Assembly: GCF_009914755.1 (NCBI RefSeq)
Contig: NC_060938.1
DNA length: 64,000 nucleotides
Origin: the human T2T-CHM13v2.0 reference genome, Homo sapiens
Direction: 5' to 3' (one strand)
A program made the position numbers and the translations under genes. The notes below the pieces were generated by a model that worked only from the letters and a program-made list of their open reading frames with translations, had not been told where the DNA came from and made no database searches. Below, one piece after another: positions 20,782 through 38,345 of the stretch (its first letter is position 1; every line of letters starts with the position of its first letter).

Positions 20782-20940
20782 TAGCCAGGATGGTCTCGAT
20801 CTCCTGACCTTGTGATCCACCCGCCTTGGTCTCCCAGAGTGCTGGGATTACAGGCGTGAGCCACCGCGCCCAACCTGTTTTTTGAATTTTAACCTGGCAT
20901 TAAAAAAACAAGAGTGCTTCTTTTTGGACTGCATTTCGAG

Positions 20941-21143
20941 TTCTGGAACTTTCATTGATCAAGTGTTGAGGCCTAAAACGCTTTCATAAGAAGATGATTG
21001 ATGTTCCAAGCAAAAACGTACACTTGGCAGATAGCGTGTTCAGCTCACTTGCTCTGCACTAACATAATGGCATCTTTGTTCAGATTTTGGTGGTGCTATT
21101 AATACACCGTGACTCATTAAAAGCCCCACTTCCTGGAATGTTC
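20941..21143. promoter_or_regulatory. Candidate distal stress enhancer (HSE, AP-1, STAT)
   Basis: TTCtgGAActTTC at 20941-20953, TGACTCA at 21110-21116 and TTCCTGGAA at 21130-21138, in non-repeat sequence. Confidence 0.4.
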
Positions 21144-22140
21144 TTCTCAGGGAGGTGATGTGACATTCCCTCCTATGGAGGAAGAATCTATAATCACACT
21201 TTCAAAGTCTTGAGCAGATCTTGAAGGCTTAGCAAAGGGAACAAAAGCTTCCTAAATTATACAGAATTATTTAAACAAATTGTCATCCCCACAGGAAGGG
21301 GGAAAACATCATTTGTACATACCACTTCTTCACTCAGGCCACAAATACGTATCAGGTGTTTGCCACATGCACCAATTTAGCAGTGAACACTCACGCCTTC
21401 CCTCCTGGGCTGACAGGCAGCAGAGAGACAGGAAGACTGACCTGAAACGAATGGTCATTTCCTTATAGTTGCATAATGCTACAAAGAAAGGTAGAAGACG
21501 CAAGGAGAGTGTATGCGGGGCTTATGTTATGTCAGGAAAATATTTTCTGAGACCAGATAATGGAAGGATTACCTGGGGCCAGATAGTGGAAGAGTGGAAG
21601 GATTTAGCCTGGTGTGGGGGGACATGGAGACCATCTCAGGCAATTGGTGGCTTACCGGGTACAGAGTTGTTGTTGGGGGAATGAAAAAGTTTTGGAAATA
21701 GTAATGATAGTTGCATAATGTTGTGAAGGTAGTTAATGCACTGGACTGTACACTTAAAAATGGTTTACAATGGTCAGTTTTATGTTACAGGCCGGGTGTG
21801 GTGGCTCACGCCCATAACCCCAGCACTTTGGGAGGCCAAGGTGGGCAGGACACGAGGTCAGAAGTTCGAGACCAGCCTGGCCAATATAGCAAAACCCTGT
21901 CTCCACTAAAAGTACAAAAATTAGCCGGGCGTGGTGGCAGGTGCCCATAATCCCAGCTACTTGGGAGGCTGAAGAAGGAGAATCACTTGAACCTGGGAGG
22001 CGGAGGTTACAGTGAGCCGAGGATCGCACCACTGCACTCCAGCCTGGGCGACAAAGCAAGACTCTGTATCAAAAAAAAAAAAAGTTACATATATTTTACC
22101 ACAATAAAAAAAATACAAAAAAGCTGGGCGCGGTGGCTCA

Positions 22141-22398
<258 letters not shown>

Positions 22399-22473
22399 TC
22401 AAAAAAAAAAAAAAAAAAAAAAAGAGAAAGAGAAATCATTCCAGGCAGAGGAGCTCTGTTGTCTGGTGTGTGA

Positions 22474-22895
<422 letters not shown>

Positions 22896-23318
22896 TGAAA
22901 AGACCAGACACCGGTTTTCCCAGCCTCTCTTGCAGCTAGGACACAGGCTAGGCTCAGCCAATCACATTTTGAATGGGGTGTTTAAATGGGGCAGCTGGTG
23001 TGGGGAAAAGCCAGGGTCCAGGGACAATCTATTTTGGAAGCAGGTAGGGGAAGATATAGTCTGTCTACCTCTTACTTGCTGTGTGACCACTCTGATCTTC
23101 AGTTTCCTCATCTATCAAAAGGAATTGATAAACGATACCTTCTTCGTAAGATTCTAGACTCAAATGAGACCTCATTAATGTAATTGTTGCAGCTGACTGG
23201 TGGGCACCTGTCGGTTCATAAAACAATTCCTGACCAGGTGCAGTGGCTCATGCCTGTAATCCCAGCACTTTGGGAGGCCGAGGTGGGTGGATCACCTGCC
23301 ATGCTGGTCAGGAGTTCA

Positions 23319-24430
<1,112 letters not shown>

Positions 24431-25130
24431 TCTGCTTCTATTTTGTATGTTTTGGAAATCTCCCAAATAAATAGTTTATAAAAAAGAGAAAATTAGCCAG
24501 GCGTGGTGAAGTACGCCTGTGGTCCTAGCTACTCAGGAGGCTGAGGCACAAGAGTTGCTTGAACCTGGAAGGTGGAGGTTGTGGTGAGCCAAGATGGTGC
24601 CACTGCACTCCAGCCTGGGTGACAGAACGAGACTCAGTCTCAAAAAAAAAAAAAAAAAAAAAATTAGAAACTGTAAGTGAAAGTGTAAACTATGAAGTGC
24701 TTAGGTTAATTTGTTATTTGTTAGCATAGATTTGTGTGCCTGTCATGTGCCAGACACTGTTATGAGTATTTGGGATACAAACATAAGCAAAACACACACA
24801 CATCTGTAGTCTTAAACTCAAGACTGGGCCTATCTGCTCCTCCAGAACCCCTTCCCTGGAAGCAGAGCTGAGCCTAGGACATCCATCCCACTCCCCAGGC
24901 CCTGCCCAGCTCTTGGGCATTTGGGAGGTGTCGGGGTGCAGGAGTAGAAGTCTGATGCCTGCACCGCAGCCCTGGCCTCCCTTAGCCCAGAGAGCCCTGC
25001 GTGTTCTCCACTTCCAGAGCTTGTTTTTCTTATCTATAAAATAAAGTGGGGCCGGGTGCAATGCCTCATACCTGTAATCCCAGAACTTTGGGAGGCTGAG
25101 GCAGGAGGATTGCTTGAGTCCAGGTGTTCA

Positions 25131-25593
<463 letters not shown>

Positions 25594-25960
25594 TCAGAGG
25601 TTGCAGTGAGCCAAGATTGTGCCACTGCACTCCAGCCTAGGCAACAGAACGAGACTCTGTCTCAAAAACAAAACAAAGCCGGGCGCGGTGGCTCATGCCT
25701 GTAATCCCAGCACTTTGGGAAGCCAAGGCGGGTGGATCACAAGGTCAGGAGATCGAGACCATCCTGGCTAACACGGTGAAACCCCGTCTCTACTAAAAAT
25801 ACAAAAAATTAGCCGGGTGTGGTGGTGGGCGCTTGTAGTCCCAGCTACTCAGGAGGTTGAGGCAGGAGAATGGCATGAACCCAGGAGACGGAACTTGCAG
25901 TGAGCCGAGATCGCACCACTGCACTCCAGCCTGGGCGACAGAGTGAGACTCTGTCTCAAA

Positions 25961-25999
<39 letters not shown>

Positions 26000-26049
26000 A
26001 ATATAATAAATAAAATGAAAGCTGGAATATGGGCCCACCTGGTATGAAG

Positions 26050-26423
<374 letters not shown>

Positions 26424-26763
26424 TCAGTATTACCGGTATTAAGGACATTTTTCAAGGGGTGGGTACAGGCCCCACCGTTTTGAAGAGGCTTCTCATGGCA
26501 AACCACAGGCTACCAGGCCCATGGCTAATGTTCCAGGAACACACAATAATTTGTATCCCCCCTCAGACGGCTCACATGTCCCTTCCCAAGAGCAAGCATG
26601 CCCACTTCTCAAGCCTGGGAGTGTGCCCTTCCTTCAGCCAGGAAATCCACCTCCACTTCCCTCTTTTTGAATGAGGTCAGCTTTATTTATTTATATATTT
26701 CTTTCTTTAGACCATCTGAGCAGGCGTATTTATTTAATATTATTATTTTATTTAATAAAAAAT

Positions 26764-27058
26764 AGAAACAGGGTCTCACTATGTTGCCCAGGCTGGAGTG
26801 CAGTGGCTAGTCACAGGCATGATCCCACTTCTGATCAACCTTGGAGTTTTGAGCTGTTCCATTTCTGACCTGGGTCTGTTCACCCCTCTTAGGCAACCTG
26901 GTGGTCCCCCACTCCCAGTAGGTCACTATATTGATGCTGAACTTAACATGGACTCTCGACTGCAGTACAACACTACAGCCCAGAACTCCGGGGCTCAAGA
27001 GATCCTCCTACTCAGCCTCCCAAGTGGCTGGAACTACAGGCGTGCTCCACTGCAGTCC
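26764..27058 (-). pseudogene. 7SL (SRP RNA) retro-pseudogene
   Basis: The - strand carries the 7SL S-domain, which Alus lack: gcatcaatatagtgacc...gggggaccaccaggttgcctaagaggggtgaac...cccaggtcagaaatggaacagctcaaaactcc. A-rich tail remnant at about 26725-26760. Confidence 0.9.
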
Positions 27059-27186
27059 CCTTTCTATCAGTCTGGATATCTCCTTCCCAGAGCTTCTCCG
27101 AACTCTGCCCCACCAGCAGAGCAAACCCCACCCTGCTCCGTGCCTAGCCCTTGGTTGGGGTATTCCTGGTAGCTGCTGTAGCTTAG

Positions 27187-27501
<315 letters not shown>

Positions 27502-27725
27502 TGACCTTGTGATCCGCCCCACCCCACCCCCCTCGGCCTCCCAAAGTGCTGAGATTACAGGCATGAGCCACCGGCCTTTAGTAGGTATTCAATAAAAACT
27601 TGAATCAGCAGGACGCAGTGGCTCACACCTGTAATCCCAGTGCTTTGGGAGGCCGAGGCAGGCATATCATGAAGTCAAGAGATCTAGACCATCCTGGCCA
27701 ACATGGTGAAACTCTGTTTCTACTA

Positions 27726-27944
<219 letters not shown>

Positions 27945-30180
27945 TCACTAAAAGTTGAGAGGACTGAGAGATGGTGAGGACAGGGGTGGTGTAGGCCACT
28001 TCCTGAGGCGACGAGGCAGGCAGGGATTCTGCTCCAGAAGAGCCATGCATGTGGTGGAAGTGGCCTGGGTAAAGTGAGCTCTCAGGACAGGAGGAGAGGG
28101 TTAGCCTTAAGCAGATGAAAGAGTCCTGGCCAGGTGCGTGGCTCATGCCTGTAATTCCAGCACTTAAAGCTGGCCAAGGCGGGCAGATCACCTGAGGTCA
28201 GGAGTTCGAGACCAGGCTGGCCAACATGGTGAAACCCTGTCTACTAAAAATACAAAATTGGCCGGGCATGGTGGCGGGTGCCTGTAATCTCAGCTACTCG
28301 GGAGGCTGAAGCAGGAGAATCGCTTGAACCCGGGAGGTGGAGTTTGCAGTGAGCCTAGATCACGCCATTGCACTCCAGCCTGGGCAATAAAGTGAGACTT
28401 CGTCTCAAAAAAAAAAAAGAAAAAACATATATATACACACACACACAGCTGGCACCACCTGATCATTTTCCAGCACTTCCATTGCCCTCAAAAGTTCCTT
28501 CTTGCCTCTCTGCAGTCACTCCCTGCTCTGACTCCTGGCCCCAGGCAACTACTGCTTTTCTTTCATTTTTTTATCTTTATAGAGACAGGGTCTTGCTCTG
28601 TGTCCCAGGTTGGGGTGCAGTGGAATGATCATGGCTCACTGCAGCCTTAAACACCTGAGCTCATGCAATCCTCCCACCTCAGCCTCCCAAGTAGCTGGAC
28701 TACAGGCATGTGCCACCATGATCAGCTATTTTAAATTTTTTTTTGGGACGGTGTATCCTTCTGTTGCCCAGTCTGAAGTGCAGTGGCGCAATCAGCTCAC
28801 TGCAACCTACGCCTCCCGGGTTCAAGTGATTCTCCTGCCTCAACCTTCCGAATAGCAGATATTACAGGTCCCTGCCGCCACGCCCAGCTAATTTTTGTAT
28901 TTTTAGTTGAGATGGGCTTTTGCTATGTTGGCCAGGCTGGTCTGGAACTCCTGACCCTCAGGTGATCCACCCACCTTGGCCTCCCAAAGTGCCGGGATTA
29001 CAGGCATGAGCCACCACACCTGGCCTTAATTTTTTCAGAGGGACAGGGTCTCACTTTGTTGCCTAGACAGTCTTGAACTCCTGGGCTCAAGCAATTCTAC
29101 CTTTGCCTCCCAAAGTGTTGGGATTACAGGCGTGACTCACCATGCCTGGCTCAACTATCCTATGCTAAAATCATTTCTAGCATAATTTTGGTAGATTCCT
29201 TATGAGTTTCCTACCTAGACGACCATGTCATCTATAATTCTCTTGTCCAGTTTGCATGTCTTTTCAGCACTCACCACCCTCCCTGGCAGGATGGAACTTG
29301 ATTATGGAAGGTTTGAAACAACAGTGAATTTTGAAGCAATAGGGTAAGAATTGTGGTCCTGGAGCAGTGCAAGGGCATTTTCAGCATGACATTCATGTGT
29401 CATCTAGCTCATCTTCTCACTCACTGGGCTGGGGATCCATCTTCTTGGTGGTACAGTCTCCAGCATGGGGGTTGCTGGGAGATGGGTACTTACCTGTGCA
29501 TCTGGACCTATTTGCCATAAATGCTTTCCCAGTAACTCCAGGAGGATGAGTTCATTTGGGAGATCATTTATAGAGGTTCTATATTGACTTGATTCCCTCA
29601 AGTGCCTTATGTTTTTAATTGAAAGAAATCTTAAGATTTAATATTCTCTTGCTAGACCTGGGAAAAAACAAAATTGACTTTTTACCCTTTTTGCCATTCA
29701 CTTCCTAGTTTAACACCGTAAACCTTTCTTCTAACACCTTTCAGTACGCAACAAAACTTAGCAGAATAAAATGGGGCTTTGGAGTTAAATTTAAATTCAG
29801 CCACTACTAAGACCTCAATTTACGTAATTCCTCCTGTATATTATCGAAGGGGATTAAGAACTTTTCAGAGAATTTAAAGGACTAAACGTGATTGCCATTT
29901 ACCAAGCATTCAATACCTGCTTAGCACGAGACTGAGACAAGGTCTCTCCCTGCCTGTGCACTGCCCCCTTAGACACTGTCACATATCCAAGTCCCAGGCA
30001 TTTCCTATCATTTTTATATATGGCGTTAGGCTCAGAATGCAAATCCTATATGCTATCTAACCAAGTTTTGTCTCTAGAACCACCAAATTTCAGAAGTGAA
30101 GACTTTTATTTAGCCATTACCACCCCCAGTCCCCAGAGGGACTCTTACCTATTGGGCTGATTTTTTCATCTTTTTTTTGA

Positions 30181-30324
<144 letters not shown>

Positions 30325-30346
30325 TAAGGCCAAGGAATTAAGTGAC

Positions 30347-30352
30347 TGTATT
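30347..30352 (-). terminator. HSP90AA1: Distal HSP90AA1 poly(A) signal variant AATACA
   Basis: tgtatt on +; GU-rich CAGTGTCT about 20-30 nt downstream on -. Confidence 0.55.
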
Positions 30353-30648
30353 TAGCACAGAAGGTATTCCATGAATAACATCAAAACAACGTGGACACTA
30401 AGAGAACACATGTAACTCATGGACGCAGGGGATGCATGTTGTCTGCATTCCTGTTTTCTGTGCCTACATGTGCTCCACCCCACACCTGCTGAGTACATGC
30501 TGGGAAGACCATGTCAACCCTTGGAGCAGCTAGTGTTTAACCATCTCCTGCTAGCGCCTCATGTTTTACATTTTGGCACTAACTGTCATCCAGATACTCC
30601 CCTTTCCCCCTAAATAAGACACTGTCACACAATATCTTTTAACTCATC

Positions 30649-30654
30649 TGTATT
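30649..30654 (-). terminator. HSP90AA1: HSP90AA1 poly(A) signal variant AATACA
   Basis: tgtatt on +; downstream GU-rich TTGTGTGACAGTGTCTTATTT on -. Confidence 0.6.
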
Positions 30655-31300
30655 TGTTACAACTTTAAGCAGAATGTGACTCGAGCACTACATTTCCATC
30701 CACAAGACTGGGTCTGAGTTATTTTTGAACAGCTTTACGATATGCTTAGGTAGGCTTTTAACTTTGCTCCTCCAAACAATACTTTTCTTTGGAAAACAAG
30801 CCCTGTGGAGAGATCCTTCCATCAAGTTGCTTCAGTTTAACCTATTTCTAGAGGACTAGTACATGCAGAATTGTCAACTACAGGGAATGAAAAGTTCAAA
30901 AAGTAGATCCTACAAGATGTAACGAATACTTTTCTAAACATCAAGATACAGCTCAGAACACTTCAATAACAAGATTTGGTCTACTTAGGCATCCGGCTTG
31001 ACAGCTAAACACTTTAGACCACACAAAGTTAACATCATGTTACATACGTCTTACAGTGCACGTTACCCCAATCTGTGAAAATAAACCAACATGAAACTCA
31101 AAAAGCATTACTAGCTCTGCTTTAGTGCCTAAGGTATCACAGCATCACTTAGTAGACAGAAATCTTATCTTCCCCTTAAAGTAGTTGTCATGCCATACAG
31201 ACTTTTTAATATTAACAAAAATAAAGAAAAACATCCTTGAAAATATATTATCAGAGGAATTGTAGAGTACTGAACAGGTAAGTCATCCCTCAGCCAGAGA

Positions 31301-31410
31301 TTAGTCTACTTCTTCCATGCGTGATGTGTCGTCATCTCCTTCAAGGGGTGGCATTTCTTCAGTTACAGCAGCACTGGTATCATCAGCAGTAGGGTCATCT
31401 TCATCAATAC
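31301..31410 (-). CDS. HSP90AA1: HSP90-alpha last coding exon (…DTSRMEEVD*)
   Basis: TAA at 31301-31303; TPR-binding MEEVD motif; 110 nt; acceptor at 31411. Confidence 0.99.
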
Positions 31411-31699
31411 CTGTTTCCAAAATAAAATCCTCATATTACAAAGATTTCTTAAAGCCAGCTATTAGGGTAATACTCCTGGTTTCTATCTGCTTTCAAGACA
31501 GTATTACAGGACATATGAGTCTCAATTTCATTTCTTTGCTCTTGTAAGACCTTACTTATCCCTAAAAAAAACATACTTTAATACCTCCAAGCAGCAAGCA
31601 GGACAAGGTGCTCCAAGTTTGGATAACTGAAAGTTTACCATTTTCTTCAATGTCACGTGTGTTTATTTTCTTTTTAACATTACATAGTATAAGGCTTAC

Positions 31700-32033
31700 C
31701 CAGACCAAGTTTGATCATCCTGTAGATCCTGTTAGCATGTGTCTGGGGATCTTCCAGACTGAAGCCAGAAGACAGGAGCGCAGTTTCATAAAGCAAGATG
31801 ACCAGATCCTTCACAGACTTGTCGTTCTTATCAGCCTCTGCCTTTTGCCTTAAGGTCTCAATAATGGAATGGTCAGGGTTTATCTCCAGGTGTTTCTTTG
31901 CTGCCATGTAACCCATTGTTGAGTTGTCTCTTAGGGCTTGAGCTTTCATGATTCTCTCCATGTTTGCTGTCCAGCCATATGTGCTTGTGACAATACAGCA
32001 TGGAGATGTCACCAATCGGTTTGACACAACCAC
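31700..32033 (-). CDS. HSP90AA1: HSP90-alpha exon 10 ([36 protein letters not shown]…KLGL)
   Basis: 334 nt; AG/GTAAGC boundaries. Confidence 0.99.
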
Positions 32034-32125
32034 CTGTAATCAAAAAGTGATGACTAGGAACCTAGAAAGATTAATTCCTAAACTTTCATTGTGAAATGAA
32101 ATCTGTAGAACCCAAATTTCAATAG

Positions 32126-32399
<274 letters not shown>

Positions 32400-32622
32400 T
32401 GAGTTTCACCGTGTTAGCCAGGATGGTCTCGATCTCCTGACCTTGTGATCCGCTGCCTCAGCCTCCCAAAGTGCTGGGATTGTAGGCGTGAGCCACCGCG
32501 CCCAGCCACACACGACATAGTTTTCTGTTTTAAGTTGAAAACATGCGAAAATGGGCTATGTATGACTAAGCTTGAAAGCACCTTAGAAGTATCAATGATC
32601 AGGAAATGCTGTATTCACATAC

Positions 32623-32891
32623 CTTTTCAACTTTTTTCTCCAATATGTCTTTCATGATTTTGCAGAGGTTCTCAAACTTTGTTTTTTTCTCTTCCTGCTT
32701 CTTTTTCTCTTCTTCATCCTCTGGAAGTTCCAGGCCTTCTTTGGTGACTGACACTAAAGTCTTCCCCTCAAATTCCTTCAGCTGTTGGACACAGTACTCA
32801 TCAATGGGCTCAATCATATAGATCACTTCTAAGCCATGTTTCCGAAGACGTTCCACAAAGGCTGAGTTAGCTACCTGGTCCTTGGTCTCAC
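32623..32891 (-). CDS. HSP90AA1: HSP90-alpha exon 9
   Basis: 269 nt; [22 protein letters not shown]…EKKVEK. Confidence 0.99.
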
Positions 32892-33134
32892 CTGAGGTAT
32901 TACAAAGTTACTTTTAGACCTTTTAACAGTTAAGAATGGTTTCATCTAGCTCTGACTTTTCTTGCTAGCCAGATACCTAGGCAGAACCTAAGACAGAAAA
33001 TGACCTAGTTCATGTTAATTATCTTGCCTAGATCAATACCAGTTGTAACAGTGCTACCTGAGTAGAAAACACACCCACAGAGCCTACAAGGTTGTAAGAA
33101 CGACGTGTATGACTGTAACATAGTGTTCTCTTAC

Positions 33135-33282
33135 CTGTGATATAATAGATATGTTTCTGGTTCTCCTTCATTCTGGTGCAGTAGTCCTTGAGAGAAACCA
33201 TCTCATCACCAGAGGCAGATGTGTAGTACCTTAACAGCTCTGAAAGCTTCTTCCGATTTTGAGAGTCTTCGTGTATTCCAAG
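33135..33282 (-). CDS. HSP90AA1: HSP90-alpha exon 8
   Basis: 148 nt; [20 protein letters not shown]…IYYIT. Confidence 0.99.
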
Positions 33283-33381
33283 CTGAAACAAAGTATGTTC
33301 TTTACAAAGACTTTCTGAATTAAAAAAAAAAAAAAAAAACTAAAGAGGCCAATTGGAAAACTAATGGTTATTTACACCAAC

Positions 33382-33572
33382 CTTTATGTTTTTAGAGAAC
33401 TGCTCATAGAATTTCTTGTAGTTCTCTTTATCTTCCGCCAGTTCAGTAAAGAGTTCTAAGCATTTTTTGACCAAATTCTTCCTGATAACTTTCAAAATTT
33501 TGCTTTGTTGCAACATCTCACGGGATATGTTTAGAGGGAGATCCTCCGAGTCTACCACCCCTCTAATGAAGT
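33382..33572 (-). CDS. HSP90AA1: HSP90-alpha exon 7
   Basis: 191 nt; [22 protein letters not shown] (catalytic-loop signature). Confidence 0.99.
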
Positions 33573-33680
33573 CTGAAAAAAATATAAACCAAATGCACTG
33601 AGTCATTCCAAGGACAAAACTGGTACTATGTAAACTCCCAAAATCAAAGATAACCTGAAGATGATGGGACGTATTTTTGA

Positions 33681-34226
<546 letters not shown>

Positions 34227-34269
34227 TGATAATCTAAGGACAAGCTTGAAGCACCCATCAGTCACTCAC

Positions 34270-34587
34270 CTTCACTGCCAAGTGATCTTCCCAGTCATTG
34301 GTCAAGCTCTTATAGAATTCTCCGTACTCCTCATTAGTAATATCGTCGGGATTTCTGGTCCAGATGGGCTTTGTTTTGTTGAGCTCTTCTTGATCGATGT
34401 ACTTTTCCTTAATCTTCTTCTTCTTCTTCTTGTCACCATCCTTCTTTTCTTCTTCCTCATCAGAACCAACATCTTCAATTTCAGGTTTGTCTTCCGACTC
34501 TTTCTCTTCTTTTTCTTTTTCTTCTTCTTTGTCTTCCTTTTCTTCAGCCTCATCATCGCTTACTTCTTTATCACGTTCCTTCTCCAC
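34270..34587 (-). CDS. HSP90AA1: HSP90-alpha exon 5 (charged linker)
   Basis: 318 nt; [17 protein letters not shown]…WEDHLAVK. Confidence 0.99.
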
Positions 34588-34862
34588 CTTCAAAAGAAAA
34601 CACGAAATCACATCACTGCTGCACTCCAGAACTAAGCGACAGCGCTGCACCACTATTTTCAACCTAAGGCCCAAGTCTAAATTAGCCAACTTGAGAAGCA
34701 CCCAGCTTTTCATCAATATTTGATACATCCACTTAATAGCCCGAGGAACTTTTACAGAGTTAGGTAGTAGAGCTTAGGTTCCCCAGGCTTCAGACTAGTT
34801 GAACAGATCTAGGGACTAAGGATGTAGTACAGTCACCCCAATCACCTACAGACAGAAATTCA

Positions 34863-35063
<201 letters not shown>

Positions 35064-35200
35064 TTAGTGCTCAACGCCATGCCTAACACCCTTATAACGT
35101 GTCTATAAAGCAAGGTTTGCCGTTACTACAGATGCAAAGGCCACCACAGCAGAACCTTTTGGGCAAGGTGCCTCGCCCAAAAGAACCGCCCACCAAGTCA

Positions 35201-35719
<519 letters not shown>

Positions 35720-35766
35720 TTAACAAAAAATATTAATTTAAGCATACAGCACCCCCAAGAAGTTCA

Positions 35767-35991
<225 letters not shown>

Positions 35992-36577
35992 TTAAAACCT
36001 TGCAGGACGTCTACAGAGGCAACACGAGAGTCCATCGCGTTCTCCAAATATTTTTAAAGCCGAATTGGAGATTTGCGAAGTTTAAGTAAACCGAAAATAG
36101 AAGGGCGGCTGACAAAGGATGACCTCATTTCGGAGCGCGGCAACTACCACGAGCGTGTGCGCGCTTCCGGGAGGCCGCCGCAGGCCCGGGCCCAGTCCCC
36201 CGCCGCGGTCCCCAACGAACACCCCGGGTGCCCTCCCGCGCGGGCTGCGGCTCCGCCACGGCGGCCTCCTCCGCCTGCGCCCCCAGCGGGGCCGGGCGGG
36301 GGACCCCCGCGGCGGGGCCGCTCTGTTCGCGTGCGGCGCCAGCTCTGGCGCTGCTGCAGAGCCTCGGGGAGCCCGCGGCCGCCCGGCCCATTCCTGAAGC
36401 GGGGTGCGGAAACCGCAGCGGGCCCGAGGCCTCCGGAATAGAAAGCGCGGCCGCCCGGGAGCGCGGCCCTGGCTGCTTCAGGGATCTGGTCCGGCCCCCA
36501 CAGCCTCCGCCCCGCGCCAGCCGCCCCCAGTCCCGGTCCCCAGTCCACCTCCACAGGCCCCCACAACCACCCGTCAC

Positions 36578-36637
36578 CTTGGCTAAGTGACCGCACAGGA
36601 CCAACGGCACAGCCACACCGGGACGCTGAAGCAACTG
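36578..36637 (-). other. HSP90AA1: Non-coding exon 1 (5' UTR) of the canonical HSP90AA1 transcript
   Basis: CAGTTGCTTCAGCGTCCC…TTAGCCAAG|gtgacg; begins about 25-30 nt downstream of the TATA box; TSS approximate. Confidence 0.9.
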
Positions 36638-36659
36638 ACGCGCCACCCCCGCGCCTGCC

Positions 36660-36666
36660 TTATATA
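36660..36666 (-). promoter_or_regulatory. HSP90AA1: TATA box (TATATAA)
   Basis: ttatata on +, embedded in GC-rich sequence. Confidence 0.92.
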
Positions 36667-36695
36667 GCGACGGGCCCGCCCAGCGCGCGGCGCTT

Positions 36696-36725
36696 TTTCC
36701 AGAAGCCTCCCGAACCTTCCGGAAG
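36696..36725. promoter_or_regulatory. HSP90AA1: Proximal heat-shock element, six nGAAn units
   Basis: TTC ca GAA gc cTC cc GAA cc TTC cg GAA; one mismatch. Confidence 0.93.
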
Positions 36726-38139
36726 AACCCTCCCCAGCCGCCGCCGCGGCCGCGCGCCTACGCATGCGCCGTTGCCGCGGCACCCCGCCCCCGCGCCTTC
36801 CTGCGGGCGCGCGCAGGCCCTGCTCGTGGCCCGGCCCGGGCAACCTTCCCTCAATCGCCGCCGCGCGCCTCTCGCACGCCCCCGCGCCGGCCTCAATGCG
36901 CCTGCGCGGCCCGGAATTCTCGGGAAGGTCCGGGCGCCTTCTGGGGCCGCCCGCGCCCTCCGCCCTGCACCCCCACCTGCCGCGGGCGGGCGGAGGGCAC
37001 GCCCGGGCGTGGGGGCCTTTGAAGTGAGGTGTAGTTGGTCACCCGGGCTGAGCGGAACGCGGGGCCGGGGTGGGAGGCGCGCCTGGAGGGAGGGTCGTGC
37101 GTGGACGGAGAGCGGCCCGGGTCTCACGCGCCCGGGAGACTTCCGGAGCCGTCGTCCTGACTGGCGCCGCGCCCGCTGCCAAAGAATCCAGCCGCAAGCG
37201 GCGCCGGGATCGCGGGGCTCTGCCCTCTGGGGGCTGTTAGCCTCAGGCTGCTGCGCACTGGGGAGGCTGTCCCGCGGCCTGCGCGCTCGGGGATTCTCCA
37301 GACCCACCGCTGGCTCGGGAGCGCTCCCTACTTTTGGGTTCCCCGAAAGCCATGTGCTTCATACTTAAGGGTCCCTTAGCTTGGGAATCGGGGACTTGGT
37401 GAACAAATTCATGCTTACCCAGCTACACCCGGCATGATTTTGAAAAGCCCATCGTTTTGCCGACCGATTTGCGGTCTCCAAATTAAGTATCTAACACTTT
37501 GGTGATTAACTTGCCCTAAAAGGTTTTTTTTTTTTTTTTTCTTTTTTTTTTTTTTTTGGACAGGCTCTCGCTTTGTCGCCCAGGCTGGGGTGCCGCGGCG
37601 GAATCTCGGCTCACTGCAGCCTCGACCCTCCCGGGCTCAGGTGATCCTCCCGCCTCAGCTTTCCCAGTAGCTGGGACGAGCGTGGGCAGAGGACCACAGG
37701 CGCGGACACCACACCTGTCTAGTTTTTGTATTTATTTGTAGAGTCGGGGTTTCACCATGTTGCCCAGGCTGGAAAAGCCAGTTTCTACATGGGAATTTTC
37801 GGATATCTTGGCCAAGGCCAGCTGTGGGAACCTTGGAGGCATTGGGGTTCCTTCGACCTGGCTTCCCTGCCTAGTCCATGTCCTCTTCCTCTTTGTCTCT
37901 GGCGCCTCCCATGATTGGGCCGCCTCCTGCCTAGACTCATAGCCAGGCCCTCGGAATAATCTGAAAGCTCCTTGCCGTGTAAAGAAACGATGGAACTACC
38001 TCCGCTTCCTGGTCTCTAGGGAAACGCAACTTGCTCAGGAGCAGGCGTTTTCAGACTGCGGCCTGGGACCCCCTTAAGAGCGTGTGAAATCAACATAAAG
38101 CGTCTTGCCTGGCATTACAAAGCGGGGGAAGTGGAAGGA

Positions 38140-38345
38140 AACTAGCAGCCACGTGGCGCGGGCCCCAGCGGTGGTGACCGGGTGTGTGCCTGGTCCTGTG
38201 GTAGCTGTTGCGCAGCCTGGGGGCGCGCCCCCGGCCCAGGCTTTCCTACAGCTGCAGCCTGGACTGGCGGGGAGGAATCCGGAAGCAGGAAGAGCGGTGA
38301 GCGGGTCGCTGAAGGGGCGCAAGGTCTTCCCTGGCGACTGCCGCC
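38140..38345. promoter_or_regulatory. Second CpG-rich upstream element with E-box and ETS site
   Basis: CACGTG at 38150-38155; CCGGAAG at about 38279-38285; CpG-rich. Confidence 0.5.

Larger units (their letters stand above)
36120..37340. promoter_or_regulatory. HSP90AA1: CpG island spanning the HSP90AA1 promoter, exon 1 and intron 1
   Basis: Very high GC and CpG density; multiple GC boxes; NRF1-like cgcatgcgc at about 36761; kB-consensus GGGATTCTCC at 37290-37299. Confidence 0.92.

Noticed and set aside
26764-27058. Functional SRP RNA gene
   Set aside because: Many substitutions and CpG decay relative to 7SL, plus an A-tail remnant, indicate a retrocopy.
36073-37368. Overlapping Arg/Pro/Gly-rich ORFs on both strands
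   Set aside because: Expected scarcity of stop codons in a CpG island.
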